Part shown: positions 57,490 through 64,000 of the stretch, in pieces
How positions within the stretch are numbered: position 1 is the first letter of the stretch
Layout: every line of letters begins with the position of its first letter
Origin: Penicillus capitatus
Lineage: Eukaryota; Plantae; Chlorophyta
Length of the DNA stretch: 64,000 nt
Assembly: GCA_965649825.1 (NCBI GenBank)
Contig: OZ287706.1
Span: 434,001-498,000, forward strand
Direction: 5' to 3'
Position numbers and translations under genes: made by a program
The notes under the pieces: model-generated
The model's input: only the letters and a program-made list of their open reading frames with translations
Databases searched by the model: none
What the model was told of the DNA's origin: nothing

Positions 57490-60400
57490 TCATGCATGGT
57501 TTGTGGTTGTTCTATACCTGTGGGCAGGCGAGTAGCCGGAGCGTCCGCTTCGGGAGCTCATCGATGGCCCGTTATCTGCCAGCGCTTCTAGATTGCCACC
57601 GCTATGCGCATTCATCTCGTTGTTATGTGCCTCTCGATTCTTCGACAGCGATGTGGACATCATCTCCAGCAGCTTGCCACGTTGTTTTTTGCGTTGATAG
57701 CAGCAGCAGCAGAAACAGGAGATCCAGATGAAGAGCGAAATCATGATGAAAACGGAGAGTAGGATAGACACGACGGGGATGGTCCAGGAGGAATCTCCGT
57801 GATGACTACAGGAGTCAAAGAATGTTGAATTATCACTGATCACGGACACACTCTGTGCAAGATCTTTCGGCAGACCTCCACACAGATGCACGTTTTGGGA
57901 GACATTCAGATGCTCGAGTCGCAGCATCTGAGACCATTCCTCAGGGAAGGAGCTGTCAAAATTGTTTCCGGATAGATCCAAGTGCACGAGCGAGACGAGC
58001 GTGCTCCACTCGGAGGGTAGGGTACCCGTTAGGGCATTGGTCGAGAGATTGAGATGGGTCAGTCGAAAAAACTCAGCCCAGGATGGTGGCAACGGACCCG
58101 TGAACTGGTTCTCTCCGAGACGGAGATCTTCGATCATCGAGAGATCGATCAGAAAATCTGGCAACGTGCCACTCAGCTGAAAACCTGTTAGATCCAATGC
58201 CACGACACGACCGTCTTCGCAACGCACTTCCGGCCACGCCTCGCGATTTCCGAGACAGGGCGGTGCGTCCACTTTCCACAGAGTGAGTCTCTGGGAGGGA
58301 TCTTCGACCTCGGCTCGAAACTCGACGAGGAGAATGGCCTCGGTTAAGTAGTCGGCGCAGGGAGTGGACAGCGCTTCGGTCGTCGGGGCGTTCTGAACGG
58401 GAAGCGAAGAGGGGATGCCACCACACAACTCCTCATTCCCTACACCACAACACATCTCACACATCTGTCTGTCCAGCCGCCGATCTTGCGCCCACCTTCG
58501 AGGTTGAGCACTTTGAGTTTTTTCATGCTCTGCCATGCCGCAGGTACCGGGCCCTTGAGTTGGTTTCCGGAAAGGTCGATTTCTCGTAGGACTCGAAATG
58601 TCTTCCACGTCACCGGCAATGCGCCTACAGAGGCATCACGTCTGCATCGTCGTCAGATGCAGCCGCCATACCTGTGAGGATATTATTTTGCAGATGCACG
58701 TGGGTCATGTGGGTCAGGGCAGACCAACTGTACGGTAACTGTCCCTCCAATGTATTATTATATCCGTTCAAAACTCTGGCGAATGCAGACAGAGATCAGA
58801 TCGGATCGTGTGGCAGGCGATCGACATCACCTGAGATTTCTGAGGTTGCTCCATTCAGAAGGCAGCTCCCCGAATAACAGATTGCGTGAAATGTCGAGCT
58901 CTTCCAAGTCCTCCAGACTCTTCCATTCGGGTGGAAGGACACCTGCGTGGGGGAGATGGTCATCCATGGCGTGCAAGGAAATGCGCGATGTGACCTCCGA
59001 TGGCGTTCGAGGAGAGGTTAAGATGTTTGAGCGTCAAGATTTTGCCCCAGCTCTCCGGAAGCGTGCCGTCGAAGGAGTTACCGTCGAGTTTCACCGTTTC
59101 CAGGGCAGACATCTCGGAGAGCTTGTCTGAAAGATACCCCGATAGGCCGAAGCCGCTCAGATCGAGCACCGTCACGCGATCTTTCTCACACTTTACGCCT
59201 GTCCATCCATCTGCGCAAGCAGAATTGCTCTTCCATTTCCAGTCCTCCAACACATCCCCTGCCAAAACCACACACCCTTGGCCAAAAGCGCCAGCTACTC
59301 ATCGACGACGCACCTCCAGTCATGAAGGCCACTTCGGCCTTAAACTGCAGAAGAGCTTGCGTGTCTACGGAACTGAAGGATGGACATCGGCCAGTATTGG
59401 TCCCGATCAGAACCAGCCCCGGACCTTCTTCCTATCACACATTCCTGCATGCGTCATCCTGTAAGATACCGTCGGCGATCGAGACCTTTGCGAGGAGGGC
59501 GCCTTGGGGAGGTAGGTTGCAGACAAAGGGATTATTCGACAAGTCCATACGACACGTCCGACTCAGTCCCGTCCATTTCTCAGGAATAAAGCCGCCAAGA
59601 TTATTATCACGCAGAGACCTACACAAGAGAGGCGCATCAAGACTGAGCCACGAGACAGCGCCATTACATGATGACGGCATTTAGCAGAAAACTCCAGTTG
59701 GGAGGGAGCTCGCCGACCAGATTATTATTCCCCAGTCTCAGATCCTCCATGCCTTCCAGATCACCCCATGTCTCTGGCAACGGACCGTACAATGCGTTAT
59801 CGTTCAGCAGCAGAATCTTCAGTCTTGTCAACGTCGACCATTCCTTCACCGTAGAACACAGCTGAGTCGGGCGTGCCTCTACGAAAGAGTAGCCTTGCCG
59901 CAGGAAGGATGCCTGTCAGGCGGTTGTGTGACAGATCGATCACTTCGATGTGTTCCATGTTCTTCCAGTTGAGCGGAAGAGAACCGCCGATACGATTGTT
60001 TGCCAACGCAAGGACAACGAATTTGCCGAGCCACCACGCTTTGGGCAATGTCCCTTCAATCGCATTGTTGTTGAGATACCTGCCTCGATGTCACCATACA
60101 CACAGATCGAATGTCATCCATGGCTCACATGTTTCGCAGCGAAGGCAGATCCGACCAGGAGGCTGGCAATTCCCCCGAGATGTTGTTCCATCTCAAATCG
60201 ACGGTCTCCAGCAAAGACAGTGTACTCCATTCCTCCGGCAATGGGCCTATAAGGTGCACGATGCCTTAGGTCAGCGATAGAGCGATGCCTGATGACCTGT
60301 CAGGCTATTGTTTGGCATTCGGAATGCCCTCAGTGCGACCAAGTCCAAAAACGCCGGTAACTCGCCTTGCAATCCACGGTCTGGCAGAGGACGTTGCCGT

Positions 60401-60777
60401 GAAGGGGTGGATGGTTGGATGGATGCGATGGCCCACTTGGCAGATGGATTTCCTGAACGCGTTGCGTGGCTGAACACACAATTCCTGGCCAGGCATCTCT
60501 GCACGGGTCGCTTTCACGTATCCACGGTTCCAAAACGCCAGTCGGGTCTTCCAGACCGTGTTTAAAATCTAATAGCGCCTTTTTTTCGACAGTAAGGGTA
60601 TCTGACATCTCATCCTTCCTCCCTCTTCTCGATGCTCGGTTGCCAGTAGACTGGCCAACTGACCAGGCAGCAAAGGGTCATTGCTGAACAGCATATCGTC
60701 GGTGACGTACCCGAATGGGAAACGAGCAGGAGGAGGAGCGGCCAGAGAACGGCTGCCGGCTTCGACGGGCAACGCAT
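57490..60777 (-). CDS. LRR receptor-like protein with three tandem LRRNT-LRR-LRRCT modules, TM helix and short tail, no kinase
   Basis: Signal peptide MRCPSKPAAVLWPLLLLLVSHS. Three caps: ALLDFK..W..DPC..WPGIVC, ALLQFK..W..AC..WTGVKC and LLVEFR..W..PC..WPEVRC. Plant-type LxLxxNxLxGxLPxxW repeats. TM VVSILLSVFIMISLFIWI followed by CFCCCC. Confidence 0.88.
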
Positions 60778-60985
60778 GAATACTTCTACCCTTGAATCCG
60801 CAAAGAGATGAGCGGTAGGGTCGAATGGTATAGCACAAGGCGTCTCTGGCGGAAGCTACGACCGTGGGTATCGTAGCTATCCTCTTTGCAAATACTCAGA
60901 AGGAATCGCAACGACCGTTGGATGCCGATGGAAGACCGTCCGCTGCTCGACATGACGGTTAGGATTTCATCGGTGGTTTTTCCCA

Positions 60986-62263
60986 ATGCGTTCCAAGCGT
61001 CTGCGTCAGAGAGTGGTCATCGTGGGAGGCGGATTCGCGGGACGCGTGGCGCGACGTCTATTGCAAAGAGACTTCGATGTTGTGCTTATCGATGCAAAGG
61101 GTTACTTCGAGTACGTTCCGTCGACGTTGCGCTGCTTCGTCGAGCCGAAGCACGCGAAGAACATCGTGATGGCGCAGCCTGAAGGAACAGTCATCGGAAC
61201 GGTCGTCGCTTTTGACGCCAACAGTTCGATCTGCCACGACTGCCAGGGTTTCAACCGTTTTGTGTTGGCAGAGGTCACATTGGACAGCGGCGAAGACTTG
61301 GCATTCGATTACTGTGTGATGTGTTCCGGGTCACTCTACACGGTACCTATCAAATCCGAGGTCACTCTTTCTGTACGGTCCCATCACCGTGATGAATGGA
61401 CGGTTAAAGAGTGAGATATGCTCAGAGATCCGTGGAGTGGCGGCGCCGCGAGATCGAACAGGAAGCGGTGAGGATGGCAACGGCAGAGCGCATTGTCATC
61501 GTCGGCGGCGGGACAGTGGGTGTCGAACTGGCGGCTGAGATCGTCGGAAAATGGAAAGATCAAACAAAACACGTCACACTTATTACGAAACACACAAAGT
61601 GTGACCATCCATCCCCTTTCCTGCACTTCCCCTGATGGCGTGCCCAGTCTGCTAGAGCGTATGCCGAAGAAGGCACAGAACTATGCGCAGCAGTGGATGG
61701 AACGGCATGAAGTGGAACTCGTTTTCGGCGAGGCCGTTGTTCAGTGGGAGGAGGACCTAGTGGTCACGGAATCCGGTCGAAAATTCGCCGCCGATCTGTG
61801 CTATCGCTGCATCGGATTCCGTCCCTCGACACATTTCTTCTCGCACGATCTCCCTTCCCTGCCGGTCGATCCGGCGACACTTCAGGTCCAGGGGTACGAA
61901 AACGTCTTCGCCTGCGGTGACTGTTCCGATACCCGCGAAGAGAAAACCGCCTTCGCTGCCGATCTCTCGGCGCAACTCGCAGCGCAGAACATCCAGCGTC
62001 ACGTGCTGAATAAACCTCTCCTGCGCTATCCCCGAGATGTCTGTCAAGGCAGAGACGCTCTCCCCGACATCGCCTGCATCTCGCTCTACAAAGATGACGC
62101 GATTCTGCAGATAAACGATTTCGTCATGACGGGCAGTCTTGCCGCTATGGCGAAGTCTCAGATCGAGTTCATGCAACTGGCGGTCGCTCGCGAGCAGACA
62201 TGGGCGTTGTATGTGTGGAATCTCATGGAGCTCTCGAACATATGGATCTCTAAATTTCTCTGA
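60986..62263 (+). CDS. FAD-dependent pyridine nucleotide-disulfide oxidoreductase (AIFM2/FSP1-like)
   Basis: Two Rossmann motifs (VVIVGGGFAG, IVIVGGGTVGVELAAE) and NVFACGD. Confidence 0.85.
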
Positions 62264-62384
62264 ATCTGTCACATCATTTCTGTCTGGGCACTCGCTGTCT
62301 ATCCAGGAATCTCGCTCAATGTATCACACACATAGAGGCAGGGGGCAGAAGCAATGTCTTTCTGTACATGATATCAACCAGTGT

Positions 62385-62882
62385 CTATCTCGAGCGGTCT
62401 TGCTGCATCTGTGCTTGAACTTGATGCTTAAGATGTAAACAGCAACCGAAGGCAAACAGAATTTCGTACCATACAGATAACGGCGCGATAAGAACTTGCT
62501 GAAAAATGGCATCGAATCCAACCGGCTTGCGTTTCTCGTAGATGCCATGACCGAAGTGCCATTGCAGAAACCCCGCCAAGAGGTGCACAGCCAAAGCCCA
62601 CGGCCAGGCTCTCGGAACAGAGAGTCTGTAAAAATTGGCCATCATCCACAAGGGCCATCCAAATCCCAGCAGCCATGAAAAACAGCTCAGAATACCGAAC
62701 GAGGCATAATAGAGTGTATAGACCGCTATCACGAAGAGACTGGGATTGGCAGACCAGACAGACGTCGGCATCTCACTGGAATAGGTACAGAGAACAAGAA
62801 AGGACCACAACAGGAGTGGCACTGTCAAGACATGCAGAATCCTGTTGATAGGATGCTGATGATATCGCGCGTAGGATGCCAT
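62385..62882 (-). CDS. Mpo1/DUF962-like membrane protein
   Basis: YARYHQHPINRILHVLTVP, LQWHFGHGIYEKRKP, hydrophobic helices. The start may extend upstream. Confidence 0.8.
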   Translation of the reverse strand: MASYARYHQHPINRILHVLTVPLLLWSFLVLCTYSSEMPTSVWSANPSLFVIAVYTLYYASFGILSCFSWLLGFGWPLWMMANFYRLSVPRAWPWALAVHLLAGFLQWHFGHGIYEKRKPVGFDAIFQQVLIAPLSVWYEILFAFGCCLHLKHQVQAQMQQDRSR

Positions 62883-63348
62883 CTGCACGGTCAGTCGATC
62901 GGGGGCATCTTTAGAAGACGTCCTGCACACAGACGACATCGTAGACGGACACCCTCACGTGATATGGACGGACTGTTGAAACGATGCCGATGTGGTGAGT
63001 CTTCTCGAAGATGTACTGCGTCCCACAGCGGCAGCCGCACTGCAGAAGGTAACGACGACGGTCGTGGGTGGGAAATGCGTCTTCGGTGTGTTACCCTGTT
63101 AACGTGGCGATGCGTTTGTGATGTTTCATGAATGGCTGGATGGAGTGCCGAATGCGAAGAACTGGCAGCCAGGCAGTGCGTCCGTCAGCAGGGGCGGGCG
63201 TGTCGTGATGTGACGCGTACGAAGACGCTTCCCATTTTACGTCCCTTTGTTTTCTGACTGAGGCACGTCATCGTCGATTTCTTCCTCAACCGATTTTATC
63301 TTCGTCGTGCGTTTCTGCAGTTGTGCAGCGTCGCGTCCTTTTTGCGTG

Positions 63349-64000
63349 ATGCCTCGGAAGCCCGTTCGTGCTTGGAACGCCACGGCTTCGCGTCGAGGTA
63401 ATGGCAGTGGGAGTGGTGCGACGGACAGTCGCAGTCTATCGCCACGGAGTTGCGAGCGCCTCACACCGCCGCTGCCTGAAGCTCCGCCAAAAACAGCGCC
63501 CTATAAACCGGCACTCGTCTTTGCGCTCACGTATTGCGTCGGACACAGTGTCTCTGTACAAGTACGTTTGTTCACACCGACCACCAGAGCGACGCACCGA
63601 AACGTGTCACATCGCTGCAGACACGAAATGGCGATTGCTTTGAAGGGATACTTCATACGCCAGGCCTCGTTCAATCGGATGTGCATTTCGTTTTGAAAAA
63701 GGCGAGAAAAACCATGCAGGAAGGGGGAGAGAAGGATTTTATTGAGAGATTGGTGATTCCATCCACTGAGGTCGTGCAACTCTATGCCAAGGACTTACCC
63801 ATTCATTCAGAACCGCCATCGCGTCCTTCATCCAGCCCTGTGATGATGATTCCTATGAGGATACAGGGAGACAATGTTGTTCCTTATCGATTCGGCGATT
63901 TTGAAGACATTGGATTTCTGGGAGACAAAGATCAGGAACGCTCTGGGGCTGGGTAAGTAAGATCCACAATCGACGATGGATGTGACACGAGCATCTCCAT
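63349..64000 (+). CDS. Ataxin-2/PBP1-like protein, N-terminal Lsm (SM-ATX) domain; truncated by the window end
   Basis: LVFALTYCVGHSVSVQ|TRNGDCFEGILHT...LKKAR...LVIPSTEVVQLYAKD. Confidence 0.75.

Noticed and set aside
1-64000. CRISPR arrays, rRNA, tRNA or prokaryotic operons
   Set aside because: No repeat-spacer arrays or recognisable structural RNA genes were seen; the sequence is intron-containing eukaryotic DNA.

Overview
Eukaryotic nuclear DNA, most likely a green alga (inference from short 45-65 nt GT-AG introns, plant-type LRR consensus and compact gene spacing). The left half (about 1-33 kb) is an accessory, repeat-rich region. It holds: (i) six secreted trefoil (P-type) domain genes, counting one at 46-48 kb: a catalytically dead trypsin-trefoil fusion, two Kazal-trefoil fusions, two small two-trefoil proteins and a degenerate single-trefoil gene; (ii) two copies of an old segmental duplication containing a decayed Ty3/Gypsy pol; (iii) a 3.1 kb insertion with topoisomerase II pseudogene fragments; (iv) an intact, very young Ty3/Gypsy LTR retrotransposon (19935-26750, minus strand, identical 304 bp LTRs, 4 bp TSD). 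ORF1 of this element is highly unusual: signal peptide, a degenerate Torsin/ClpB-like AAA+ domain, acidic linker, hydrophobic membrane segments, Ser-Pro-Pro repeats, Gag with a zinc knuckle, then protease. A -1 slippery site leads into dUTPase-like, RT, RNase H and integrase domains. The right half is mostly housekeeping genes (Kelch, BRWD/PHIP, PAK1IP1/MAK11, cytochrome c1, TOM1-like, DnaJ-X, LRR receptor-like protein, FSP1-like oxidoreductase, Mpo1-like, Ataxin-2-like). All domain calls come from motif recognition by eye. Exon boundaries and gene ends are approximate, and no database search was run.
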